Shown here: positions 32,201-40,462 of the stretch, piece after piece
Numbering within the stretch: position 1 is the stretch's first letter
Layout: the number at the start of each line of letters is the position of its first letter
Source: Spirochaetia bacterium
Lineage (GTDB): Bacteria > Spirochaetota > Spirochaetia > WTKD01 > G963693115
DNA length: 64,000 nucleotides
Direction of reading: 5' to 3'
Assembly: GCA_965226055.1 (NCBI GenBank)
Contig: CBDDCA010000005.1
Location: 662,940 to 726,939 of the forward strand
Notes under the pieces: model-generated
Databases searched by the model: none
Told to the model about the DNA's origin: nothing
What the model saw: only the letters and a program-made list of their open reading frames with translations
Translations under genes and position numbers: made by a program

Positions 32201-33866
32201 CTTCGACAGAGAGTAAGTTTGTGGGATAGGGTATTTTCTTCTCGCTCAGTACTGTGGTGCTTGTGCTTTTCTCTGCTATGCTTACACTGTATTCTTTTAT
32301 GTCTTTGTTGTTGGCTTTTGTTGCATCGGGGGCTGTCCATGTTATCTGTGTGCCTACTTTTGTATTTGATACAAAAGGATAGCGTGCTTGTATGCTTGTC
32401 ACTGCATCGGGGGCGGTGCTATCTGCTGATGTGTTGACTGTGGCTGTTGCTTCTGTTCCTTTGTTGCCTGCACTGTCCATTGATACGACTGCCACTGTAT
32501 ACTCGGTGGTAGCTTTGAGGCCTGTTATCTGCGTGTTTCTTAGTGTTCTATCAGTTATTGTCACTGTCTTTGCTGGGGTACTGCTGTCCTTTTCTGTTGC
32601 TGTTATAGTCACTCCTGCATAGTCTCGTACATCGGGGGCTTGCCAGCCTACTACTATGCTTGTTGCTCCTCCTACTGCACTTACATTGGTCGCGGGCTTT
32701 GTTGTTTTGTCAGTTGTCGCTTGTTCTTTTGACACTGCAGTGGAGTACTTTCCGTTTTGAAAAACATACACTTCTACTTTGTACGTAAGCGTGCCGTAGA
32801 GTTTTGTGAGGGCTATGCCATCCTTCGCTACATACACAGTGGCGTACTCTTTGTTGTCTGCACTTGCTCTGCTGAGTGTTGCAGTACTGCTATTGTTCAC
32901 AGTTTCCTCTGCTACTACTGTATTTGTTGCAGTTGCTATAACGCGTACTAAGAGGCTTTTGTCTGTAAAAGTAAAGCTCCCCCATTTGATAAGCAGGCTT
33001 TCATCGGCTGGGCTATTGCTTTTATCGTTTGCTGTTACTGTAAGATCTGCCTCTGGCAGTGGCGTTACTGTTTGTGAAAGCTGGGATGCTTGCACGCCTG
33101 TCAGTACTGTTGCAGGACTGCTTGTGTTGTCATTTCTGTCTTTGTAGCGTATTTCTACATCATAGGATATGCCTGCAAGCGTGGAGACATTTGAAAGTAT
33201 AACTTCTCCTTGCTGTAGGTTTTGCACGGTAGCTTGCGCAAGCACTATGCCACCAGTTGTGCTTTTTACCACTATCGTTGCTTCGGCTATATCTGTCTTG
33301 CCTGATGCAAGTCGCTCTTTGTCCCATGTTATCTTTATGCCATCCCCCGACTTCTCTACTCCTACCTGTGTCAATGTGTCCTGTGGTGCAGTAGTATCTA
33401 TCAGCGTTGTCACGGAACGTGTTGTTTTTGGTGATACTTCTGTGTCTTTTTGTGCTTCTATCTCTACGGTGTAGTTGGTGAGTGCTTGTAAGCCTTTGAG
33501 TTGGTACGATTGTCCTTGTTGAAAGAGCGTTTGATATTCTATTGCAGGAACACGCACTTGTATTGATTGTGCTGGCGTTGTTGATGTAGCTTTTACGACT
33601 ACATGCGTGGCATCGCTGGGAGCTTCCCAGCGTAACGAGAGTGTCCCATCGTTGCTTGCTACTTGTATCTGCACATTGGACACTGATGCAATTGTCGGGG
33701 TTACTGGTGTTCCCCCTCCGCCTGATGAGGAACTGCTACTGCCCTCCGAACATCCTACGAGTACGAGGATTGCTAGCACTAAAAATAGTGTAACTAGAGT
33801 TATGCTATACTTATTTTGTAGCTTACTATTAAGCTGATAGTTTAGTTTTTCATTACTTTTTTTCAT
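29253..33866 (-). CDS. Large surface lipoprotein: FN3-like stalk + C-terminal DUF285/BspA-like 25-aa repeats (paralogue 1)
   Basis: LVGC lipobox, Ser/Gly tether; W..P / GL..T.Y.V.V FN3 signatures; FNQDIGxWDVSKVTxMxxMF repeats. Confidence 0.88.
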   Translation of the reverse strand: MKKSNEKLNYQLNSKLQNKYSITLVTLFLVLAILVLVGCSEGSSSSSSGGGGTPVTPTIASVSNVQIQVASNDGTLSLRWEAPSDATHVVVKATSTTPAQSIQVRVPAIEYQTLFQQGQSYQLKGLQALTNYTVEIEAQKDTEVSPKTTRSVTTLIDTTAPQDTLTQVGVEKSGDGIKITWDKERLASGKTDIAEATIVVKSTTGGIVLAQATVQNLQQGEVILSNVSTLAGISYDVEIRYKDRNDNTSSPATVLTGVQASQLSQTVTPLPEADLTVTANDKSNSPADESLLIKWGSFTFTDKSLLVRVIATATNTVVAEETVNNSSTATLSRASADNKEYATVYVAKDGIALTKLYGTLTYKVEVYVFQNGKYSTAVSKEQATTDKTTKPATNVSAVGGATSIVVGWQAPDVRDYAGVTITATEKDSSTPAKTVTITDRTLRNTQITGLKATTEYTVAVVSMDSAGNKGTEATATVNTSADSTAPDAVTSIQARYPFVSNTKVGTQITWTAPDATKANNKDIKEYSVSIAEKSTSTTVLSEKKIPYPTNLLSVEELTQGKTYTITIQAIDYAGNKSTQATKDITTPNSLTAPSEDLFQSKPALVTTTGAIQIKATFKQSPGIGRYYTLRMLDGTNLVAEKSITSTATTISFGIADGVEVSSTQANAKSYSFTFLTVENNRVSPPTTLTDKVAVYDAVSTVPPAPESLSLFIETSTQTSDTVQYEFQKGTITSKHKAPNDRQLTQAQIQYKVYIVAGDQSTKSIAEIKAMGGVQTQELAGNSSLRGTFIGTKGAVYTIGIEAINSLNPYATKKAQSKDPALIQKLELSTIPTSKATAPTSSLTGKLVVSPSTNTVGTIKLVLTQLSTITGAKNKDGTTVTSNDELVYTVYGLQKDSTPTVAEVQRGRKVTIGSASSGVYTVSALSSLGLSADTDPVVAIKGATKYHFVVEVAVKTDTSKKAVSTVASVTTASQATAPAEVSNIQVGGVTEGNATISWTAPRLNASHKTNKGDTLTVAQVSYKVYKVAKSGSAKSVAAIKTAAGSSTTVAAGTPNSTLTGLTVGTTYEIVVQAVNSTDTNKEATGLRKEFEAKEAYAAPGKPTIQANAQGATIVLTITAPTVKGTTAEGTDLRDNQIDYIVYYAASKTNIDGATVKTQAQGASDAQEGAEKDDVPTGATSYTIRNLRLNTKYYITAVAVNSLKKTKVSAEATTVSASITIVIGNATKVSATVGTALAQNTTRVLTSISPSGLTFTCDESTIDNDNSTLKEETGLTVTFAKNTNTVTITGTANKSNIYDTAITEYNYGVVECTITSAGAYLGQKALATINVETGLVKLAGQSANYYRPTTKKALQDIITAEKGAGRQNTNSPNLNMIDTSAITDMSELFNDDSTFNGDITQWNTSNVMDMETMFFQASSFNQDIGSWDVSKVTNMSRMFLRAKVFNQDIGDWDVSKVTSIDRMFVQASAFNKDIGDWDVSKVTIMSSMFLSATNFDQDLSSWKVCKITYSKLNTIFFGSAMDGDTAKYPKFKGSAECSS

Positions 33867-33958
33867 AATGATCTCCTTTTATTATTCATTATTGTGTAAT
33901 TATCATTACACCTAAGCATAATTATAGTACAAATACTATTTTTGTGTGTCATATCTGC

Positions 33959-33984
33959 AAAAAAAAAAAAAAAAAAAAAAAAAA
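33959..33984. repeat. A26 homopolymer upstream of lipoprotein paralogue 1
   Basis: 26 consecutive A; 33 nt upstream of a TATAAT on the - strand (33921-33926). Confidence 0.85.
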
Positions 33985-34112
33985 TGCGTCAAAATTTACG
34001 TATAATATACATATACTCCTGCTGAGATATTTTTTAACACTTCTGCTTTTCTTCTAACTAGAATTTCCAATATCATACAAGCAAAATATACTACGCTCTA
34101 TAATAAAGCATG

Positions 34113-34460
34113 CTAATGATGTATATCATATTCTCGAACGAAGTGTTCCATCTTTGAACATCGGTATACAATGTCAATCTTTTTCCATCCTAACGTATCA
34201 AGAGAATACGATACTGTGTACCTCTTCTCCAAGAAAGCAATACTATCAGAGATAGCCTCATCCCAATGTTCATCTACACGTAAAGACAATTCTTTCGACT
34301 GAGGAAAGCTATCCCACATGGTATGACTTAACTGAGGACACAAAAAAATTGTACCTTCGGGAGTCTGTGTAATTTCTCCTTTTAGCATATGCTCTCGAAA
34401 CAAAGCATTCACATCATCCTGTGTTTCAATACTCACCTCTAAACAATATAAATACGACAT
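34113..34460 (-). CDS. Hypothetical protein
   Basis: AAGGAAGG RBS before MSYLYCL; no motif recognised. Confidence 0.5.
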   Translation of the reverse strand: MSYLYCLEVSIETQDDVNALFREHMLKGEITQTPEGTIFLCPQLSHTMWDSFPQSKELSLRVDEHWDEAISDSIAFLEKRYTVSYSLDTLGWKKIDIVYRCSKMEHFVREYDIHH

Positions 34461-34690
34461 AGTACCTTCCTTATCATCAAAAACAAGCAATACATGAAAT
34501 TCTACTTGTATACATAGTATACTAGATATAGTGTAATATCTGCTATAATAATATATACTATCACAATGCTTATTGTAAGTATTGTAGAATAAAGCATCAC
34601 GTAGTATGAGTATAATGAAACATATCAGAAAAGCAAGACACGATAACTTTCTATAGCTTTTATATCACAAAAACAAAAAAAGAGGCATGT

Positions 34691-35344
34691 ATGGGAAGAA
34701 AAATTTTTGTATCTTATAAACATGAGGATGACTCAGTTTTAAAACATGGTACTGCTGGCACAGCACGAGATTATGTCGATGATTTAATTGATATTTTTGA
34801 GGAGGATAGGGAAATATACAAAGGGGAAGGAGATGAAGATTTAAGAGAATTTAAAGATGAAACTAAAAAAAATAGATTAAAAGAAAAAATTCATGATAGT
34901 AGCATCACTATTGTGCTAATCTCTCCAAAAATGAAAGAAAAGAATAAAGCTGAAAAAGATCAATTTATACCATGGGAAATTGCATATTCATTAAAAGAAA
35001 TAGAGAGGAACAATAAAAAAAGCCATCCGAATGCTGTACTTGCAGTGGTACTCCCAGATAAATATGGCAATTATAGCTACTTTATTGAAGAACATACTTG
35101 TCAATACTGTAACGCTAGATTATTAAAAACAGATACTTTATTTCAAATACTCGCCAACAATATGTTTAATAAAATAGATAAAACTTTTAGTGATTGTAAT
35201 CATTGTAACAGCTATATTGATGAACCTTCCTATATCCTATCAGTAAAATGGGAAAATTTCATTGAAGATAAAGATCACTACTTAGAAAGAGCAGTAGACA
35301 TAAGAGACAACAGAAAAAGCTACAACATTACGAAAGAAATATGA
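34691..35344 (+). CDS. ThsB-like (DUF1863/MTH538) TIR protein with two CxxC motifs
   Basis: KIFVSYKH, SSITIVLISP, FIPWEIAYSL (catalytic Glu); CQYC and CNHC. Confidence 0.85.
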   Translation: MGRKIFVSYKHEDDSVLKHGTAGTARDYVDDLIDIFEEDREIYKGEGDEDLREFKDETKKNRLKEKIHDSSITIVLISPKMKEKNKAEKDQFIPWEIAYSLKEIERNNKKSHPNAVLAVVLPDKYGNYSYFIEEHTCQYCNARLLKTDTLFQILANNMFNKIDKTFSDCNHCNSYIDEPSYILSVKWENFIEDKDHYLERAVDIRDNRKSYNITKEI

Positions 35345-35760
35345 CTGACAAAGAAGCCATAACTAAACATTTAGAAATAATACAGGGAGTTATCAATCGT
35401 CTTGCCAATAATTCTTTTCTGATAAAGAGCTGGAGCATAACAATACTATCCGCTGTTATTGTATTTATCACCAATAGCAAATATCAAACAGAGTATATTA
35501 TTCTATCGTTTGGTATTCCTGTTATTATTTTCTGGGGACTGGATGCATACTTTCTATGGCAAGAAAGACTATTTAGAGGCATATATGATGATGTTCGTCT
35601 ACAAAAAACTACTCATTTTGAAATGAATATTTCCGCTCAAAAAGAAAAAAAGAACAATAAGTACTGGAACGCATTTTTTTCTACAACACTTATTCCTTTT
35701 TATATTGCTGAGATGATATTCATAGGAATAGTCTTCTATATTCTACGTCTATGCTTATGA
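35341..35760 (+). CDS. Small 3-TM membrane protein translationally coupled to TIR gene
   Basis: ATGA overlap; HLEIIQGVINRLANNSFLIKSW, LDAYFLWQERLFRGIYD. Confidence 0.8.
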   Translation: MTDKEAITKHLEIIQGVINRLANNSFLIKSWSITILSAVIVFITNSKYQTEYIILSFGIPVIIFWGLDAYFLWQERLFRGIYDDVRLQKTTHFEMNISAQKEKKNNKYWNAFFSTTLIPFYIAEMIFIGIVFYILRLCL

Positions 35761-36720
35761 TCCTTTTTTATAGCCTTTCAGCTGATCTACTCCTACTGCA
35801 ACTAATAAAATAGCCCCACTTACTACATACTGATAGAATACAGGGATATTTATTAAATTCATAACATTTTGCATTGTTCCCATAATAAATACACCAGCTA
35901 CCACGCCTAACATAGTGGCTTTCCCTCCTTGTAAAGATACGCCTCCTAGTACACATGCAGAAATAACATTAAGCTCAAATCCTTGTGCTGAGTTTGGTTG
36001 TCCACTTGTCAATCTTGATGCTAAAATAAAACCTGCAAGAGCACAGATAAGCCCCTGTACCGAAAAATTTATAATGCGTACCTTATCAACACTTATCCCT
36101 GTTAAGTACACTGTCTCAGGATTTCCTCCTACTGCAAGCACATTTCTGCCGTACACAGTATAATTTAGTACAATACCAAAAACAATAAATGTTATGATAG
36201 TAACAAACACAGGCAAAGGAACTCCAAATAAATCTGATGTCCCCAGAAAAAAGAAACGAGAATCTCTTGCTCCTATCGCTTGTCCTCCTGATACAATAAA
36301 AGCAAGCCCTCTAATCATCTGCATGGAAGCTAAGGTTGCTATCAATGCGTTTATTTTTAGCTTTGAAACAAAAAAGCCGTTCATCCCTCCAACGATAACT
36401 CCTGCTATGAGAGTTACTGCTATAGATGCCACTATGCTTCCTGTAGCATTGATTATCACAACAGACAAAACACCAAAAAAAGCAACTTGCGATCCTACTG
36501 ATAAATCAAAATCTCTGGAAGCGAGGCAAAGCATCATAGTAGAGGCAACCATGCCAATTTGAGATACAGACAACAACAATCCTAGTAAATTTCTTTTACT
36601 AAAAAAATAAGGGACAAATAATGAACATATCAAAAACAATGCAATAAAAACAAACACCATCATCGATTCTTGATACAGTACTGCTACAAAATTCTTTCTC
36701 TGTATTTTACTCACTGACAT
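35755..36720 (-). CDS. araH: L-arabinose-type ABC permease
   Basis: CLASRDFDLSV, SRLTSGQP, ISACVLGGVSL. Confidence 0.88.
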   Translation of the reverse strand: MSVSKIQRKNFVAVLYQESMMVFVFIALFLICSLFVPYFFSKRNLLGLLLSVSQIGMVASTMMLCLASRDFDLSVGSQVAFFGVLSVVIINATGSIVASIAVTLIAGVIVGGMNGFFVSKLKINALIATLASMQMIRGLAFIVSGGQAIGARDSRFFFLGTSDLFGVPLPVFVTIITFIVFGIVLNYTVYGRNVLAVGGNPETVYLTGISVDKVRIINFSVQGLICALAGFILASRLTSGQPNSAQGFELNVISACVLGGVSLQGGKATMLGVVAGVFIMGTMQNVMNLINIPVFYQYVVSGAILLVAVGVDQLKGYKKGS

Positions 36721-36722
36721 TC

Positions 36723-38222
36723 CTACTCACCTCCATAGGGAAACGCATATTCTAATATTTTTTCTTCTATAAATTCGCTTCTTTCTAGTTCTTTAGAAAT
36801 ACTTCCTTCTCTCATAACATACAATCTATCACACACTCCCATTATCTCAGAAATATCACTTGAAATCATAATAACGCCTATTCCTTTCTCTGCTAACGAA
36901 TATAATATATTGTATATTTCAGATTTAGCTCCTACATCTATTCCTCTTGTTGGCTCATCTACAATCAAAATTTTCATTCCTTGTTCAGATAACCATCGTG
37001 CTAAAATAACTTTCTGCTGATTACCTCCAGAAAGATGAATGATATTTTGATATAAATGAGGAGTCTTAATAGACAACGCATCTTTTTGTTCCGTTGCCTT
37101 TTGAAATTCCATGCTTTTATTCAAAAAAAACTTTCCATACGAATAATGCCTTCTTGCACTTATATTGATGTTCTCCCATATAGGACGACCATGAATGATG
37201 CCATCTTTTTTTCTGTCCTCTGTACAAAACATTATGCCTTCTCGTATAGAGTCCTTTGGAGTCATTGTGTGAAACACCTTATCGTATACCGATACCGTAC
37301 CTTCTCTGGCTTCAACACCATAGAGCAAGCGTGCAAGCTCACTTCTTCCTGCTCCTACCAAGCCAAACAAACCAACTATTTCTCCATTTCGTACAGTCAT
37401 GTCTACAGGGGTATCTATCCCCTTTCCTTTTATTGCCTTTGTGCTTAGCACAGTCTTTCCATACGCTCTCTTTCTATATCCATAAATATCCTGTATTTTT
37501 TTCCCTGTCATTGCCGTAATAAGATCATCTCTCGATAAGGATTGTTTTGATATATCCTCAGTCATTATATGCTGTCCATCCTTTAAGACAGTACAGGTGT
37601 CACATACATCAAATATCTCTTTTAGTCTATGAGAGACATATATAATAACTTTCCCTGCTTCTTTCAGTCTATGTATAATTGTAAAAAGAACATCTGTCTC
37701 AAACTTTGATAAACTACTCGTTGGCTCATCAAAAGCGATAATCTTAGCATCATGATAGAGGGCTTTCGCTATCTCAACCATTTGCTGTTGTCCTATACTT
37801 ATTTCAGAAATCTTTACTCTTGGATCTATATCTATAGCATGTGTATGCAAAAAATCTCCGACTTCATCAAACATTGTTTTCCATCGCACAAATTTGTATT
37901 TTGAAGCATACGTGCCTAAGGTAATGTTTTCTGCTACCGTTTGATTAGAAACTAGTTGTAACTCCTGATGTATGACTCTTACTCCACACTTAATAGCATC
38001 AAAAGGAGTAGAGAAATGTTTCTTTACTCCTTCTATCTCTATATGCCCATTATCCGCAATATAATATCCCGAAAGAATTTTAAGCAGAGTAGATTTTCCT
38101 GCTCCATTTTCTCCTATGAGACCATGCACTGACCCTTCATGTATTCCAAAGTGTACTGCATTTAATGCCTGTACACCAGGAAAACGCTTTGAAACATTGT
38201 TGAAAGTCAGTAATGCTCTCAT
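36723..38222 (-). CDS. araG: L-arabinose-type ABC ATPase (two NBDs)
   Basis: GENGAGKST, AFDEPTSSL, LSGGNQQK, DEPTRGIDVGAK. Confidence 0.9.
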   Translation of the reverse strand: MRALLTFNNVSKRFPGVQALNAVHFGIHEGSVHGLIGENGAGKSTLLKILSGYYIADNGHIEIEGVKKHFSTPFDAIKCGVRVIHQELQLVSNQTVAENITLGTYASKYKFVRWKTMFDEVGDFLHTHAIDIDPRVKISEISIGQQQMVEIAKALYHDAKIIAFDEPTSSLSKFETDVLFTIIHRLKEAGKVIIYVSHRLKEIFDVCDTCTVLKDGQHIMTEDISKQSLSRDDLITAMTGKKIQDIYGYRKRAYGKTVLSTKAIKGKGIDTPVDMTVRNGEIVGLFGLVGAGRSELARLLYGVEAREGTVSVYDKVFHTMTPKDSIREGIMFCTEDRKKDGIIHGRPIWENINISARRHYSYGKFFLNKSMEFQKATEQKDALSIKTPHLYQNIIHLSGGNQQKVILARWLSEQGMKILIVDEPTRGIDVGAKSEIYNILYSLAEKGIGVIMISSDISEIMGVCDRLYVMREGSISKELERSEFIEEKILEYAFPYGGE

Positions 38223-38225
38223 ATA

Positions 38226-39224
38226 TTATTCTAACCCTAAATCTTTTCTTACCTGCGAATAATTGTTTCTTGTTGCTAATTTTCCAGTAGTATAGGTGAG
38301 CTTAGGTGGTTCTGTTCCGTTTACAACCCACTCATACATATTGGTAGAAGTTTCGTACCCATGCCTCTTAGGACTGATAATGATTGTCCCAAAAAACCCT
38401 GTAGCCTCGTCTTTTTCAAACTCATCTATTGCAAAATCACTGCCATTTATTCCTACCCCTATTATATTACTCTTAGGTACTCCATTCCCTTCTAAAGCTC
38501 TCACTGCCCCCAGTACACCAGCATCATTTGATGAAAACGCTACCCAATTTTTTGCTTCTGGATTTTTTGCAATAGCAATATTAGCAGCATCAAATGCTCC
38601 TTCTGTGGTGGGAGATTTTCGTGGTGATTCAATAATATTTTCTGCAAGAAAACCATTCGCTAAAAGGGCTTCAGTAGCTCCATCTGTTCTATTTTTTGAA
38701 GTAGGCAATTCATTCAAACTTACTCGTATAGCATATGTGTCCTCAGGCTTCCATGACCGTGCTTTCATTTCATCGGCTATAGCAGTACCTACTAGCTTGC
38801 CTATCTCAAATGCATCAATACCCATATGAACCACTTCTTCTATCGGAGCTCCGTCATTTCCTAACAGACGATCATCTACTGTCATGAGCTTTAGATTATT
38901 CGCTTTCGCTCGTGCCACTACTGCTGTTCCAAGTTTTACATCAGGAACACAGATAATTACTCCTTGAGCCTGTTGTGCTCCAAGATTATCTAATGCAGCT
39001 ACCACTTGCTCGCCATCACTCGCCCCTATTTTTACTAAGGTAAACCCTTTTTCTTTTGCAGCTATTTCTGCAAACTTCCATTCATCAAGAAACCACGGCT
39101 CTTGAGCATCTTTCACAACAAAACCAATTTTTATCTCATTGTTTTCCTCTGAACCTGCAGAAAAAACAACAGTAGGCAAAAATAATAGCATTGCTACCAT
39201 AAGTAATATGTGTACTACTTTCAT
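38226..39224 (-). CDS. araF: Arabinose-type periplasmic binding protein, copy B
   Basis: KIGFVVK..EPWF..EW, PDVKLG, VDDRL, GVGING. Confidence 0.85.
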   Translation of the reverse strand: MKVVHILLMVAMLLFLPTVVFSAGSEENNEIKIGFVVKDAQEPWFLDEWKFAEIAAKEKGFTLVKIGASDGEQVVAALDNLGAQQAQGVIICVPDVKLGTAVVARAKANNLKLMTVDDRLLGNDGAPIEEVVHMGIDAFEIGKLVGTAIADEMKARSWKPEDTYAIRVSLNELPTSKNRTDGATEALLANGFLAENIIESPRKSPTTEGAFDAANIAIAKNPEAKNWVAFSSNDAGVLGAVRALEGNGVPKSNIIGVGINGSDFAIDEFEKDEATGFFGTIIISPKRHGYETSTNMYEWVVNGTEPPKLTYTTGKLATRNNYSQVRKDLGLE

Positions 39225-39307
39225 ATTAACTCCTAAGTATGTATATTTATACTTATTAGTATAACAAAATCATACTTTTATTGTATCTACTAATAGGGTA
39301 AATCTGT

Positions 39308-39378
39308 AAGCTCATTTCTTCCTGCTCCTACTAAGCCAAATAAACCAACTATTTTTCTATCAAAAATGCTTTCGTATA
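39308..39378 (-). pseudogene. Relic of duplicated araG
   Basis: 39308-39360 matches araG 37335-37387; 39365-39378 matches araG start region with ATG mutated to ACG. Confidence 0.75.
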
Positions 39379-40374
39379 TTATTCTAACCCTAAATCTTTT
39401 CTCACCTGTGAATAGTTCGCTCTTGTTGCTAATTCTCCAGAAGTATAGGTGAGCTTAGGTGGCTCTGTTCCATTTACAATCCACTCATACATATTGGTAG
39501 ACGTCTCATATCCATGTCTCTTAGGACTGATAATGATTGTCCCAAAAAACCCTGTCTCATCGTCTTTTTTAAATTCATCTATTGCAACATCACTACCATT
39601 TATTCCTACTCCTATCATATTACTTGTAGACACCCCATTTCCTTCTAAAGCTCTTACTGCTCCCAGTGCAGAAGCATCATTTAATCCAAATACTACCCAT
39701 TGTTTTACTTCTGGACTTTTTGCAATAACAATATTAGCAGCATCAAAAGCTCCTTCTGTGCCATATTTCTGTGGTGCGTCAATAATATTTTCTGCAAGAA
39801 AACCATTTGCTAAAAGAGCTTCAGTAGCTCCATCTGTTCTGTCTTTTGCAGTAGGCAATTCATTAAAACTTACACGTATAGCGTATGTGTCCTCAGGCTT
39901 CCATGACCGTGCTTTCATTTCATCAGCTATAGCAGTACCTACTAGCTTGCCTATCTCAAATGCAGAAATGCCCATATGAACAACCTCTTCTATTGGAGCT
40001 CCGTCATTTCCTAACAGACGATCGTCTACTGTCATGAGTTTTAGATTATTCGCTTTCGCTCGTGCCACTACTGCAGTCCCAAGTTTTACATCAGGAACAC
40101 AGATAATTACTCCTTGAGCCTGTTGTGCTCCAAGATTATCTAATGCCGCTACCACTTGTTCGCCATCACCTGCCCCTATTTTTACTAAAGTAAACCCTTT
40201 TTCTTTTGCAGCTACTTCTGCAAACTTCCATTCATCAAGAAACCACGGCTCTTGAGCATCTTTTACAACAAAGCCAATTTTTACCGTATTGTCTTCCCCT
40301 GAACCTGCAGAAAAAACAACAGTAGGCAAAAATAATAGCATTGCTAGCATAAGTAATGTATGTACTACTTTCAT
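39379..40374 (-). CDS. araF: Arabinose-type periplasmic binding protein, copy A
   Basis: Close paralogue of 38226-39224; AGGAGG RBS before MKVVHTLL. Confidence 0.87.
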   Translation of the reverse strand: MKVVHTLLMLAMLLFLPTVVFSAGSGEDNTVKIGFVVKDAQEPWFLDEWKFAEVAAKEKGFTLVKIGAGDGEQVVAALDNLGAQQAQGVIICVPDVKLGTAVVARAKANNLKLMTVDDRLLGNDGAPIEEVVHMGISAFEIGKLVGTAIADEMKARSWKPEDTYAIRVSFNELPTAKDRTDGATEALLANGFLAENIIDAPQKYGTEGAFDAANIVIAKSPEVKQWVVFGLNDASALGAVRALEGNGVSTSNMIGVGINGSDVAIDEFKKDDETGFFGTIIISPKRHGYETSTNMYEWIVNGTEPPKLTYTSGELATRANYSQVRKDLGLE

Positions 40375-40462
40375 ACTACCTCCTAAATATATGTACTTAT
40401 AGTATAGCAAAAATTATCTGTTATGACATCTATCAGCATTCCATCATTTTTACACTATGAGC

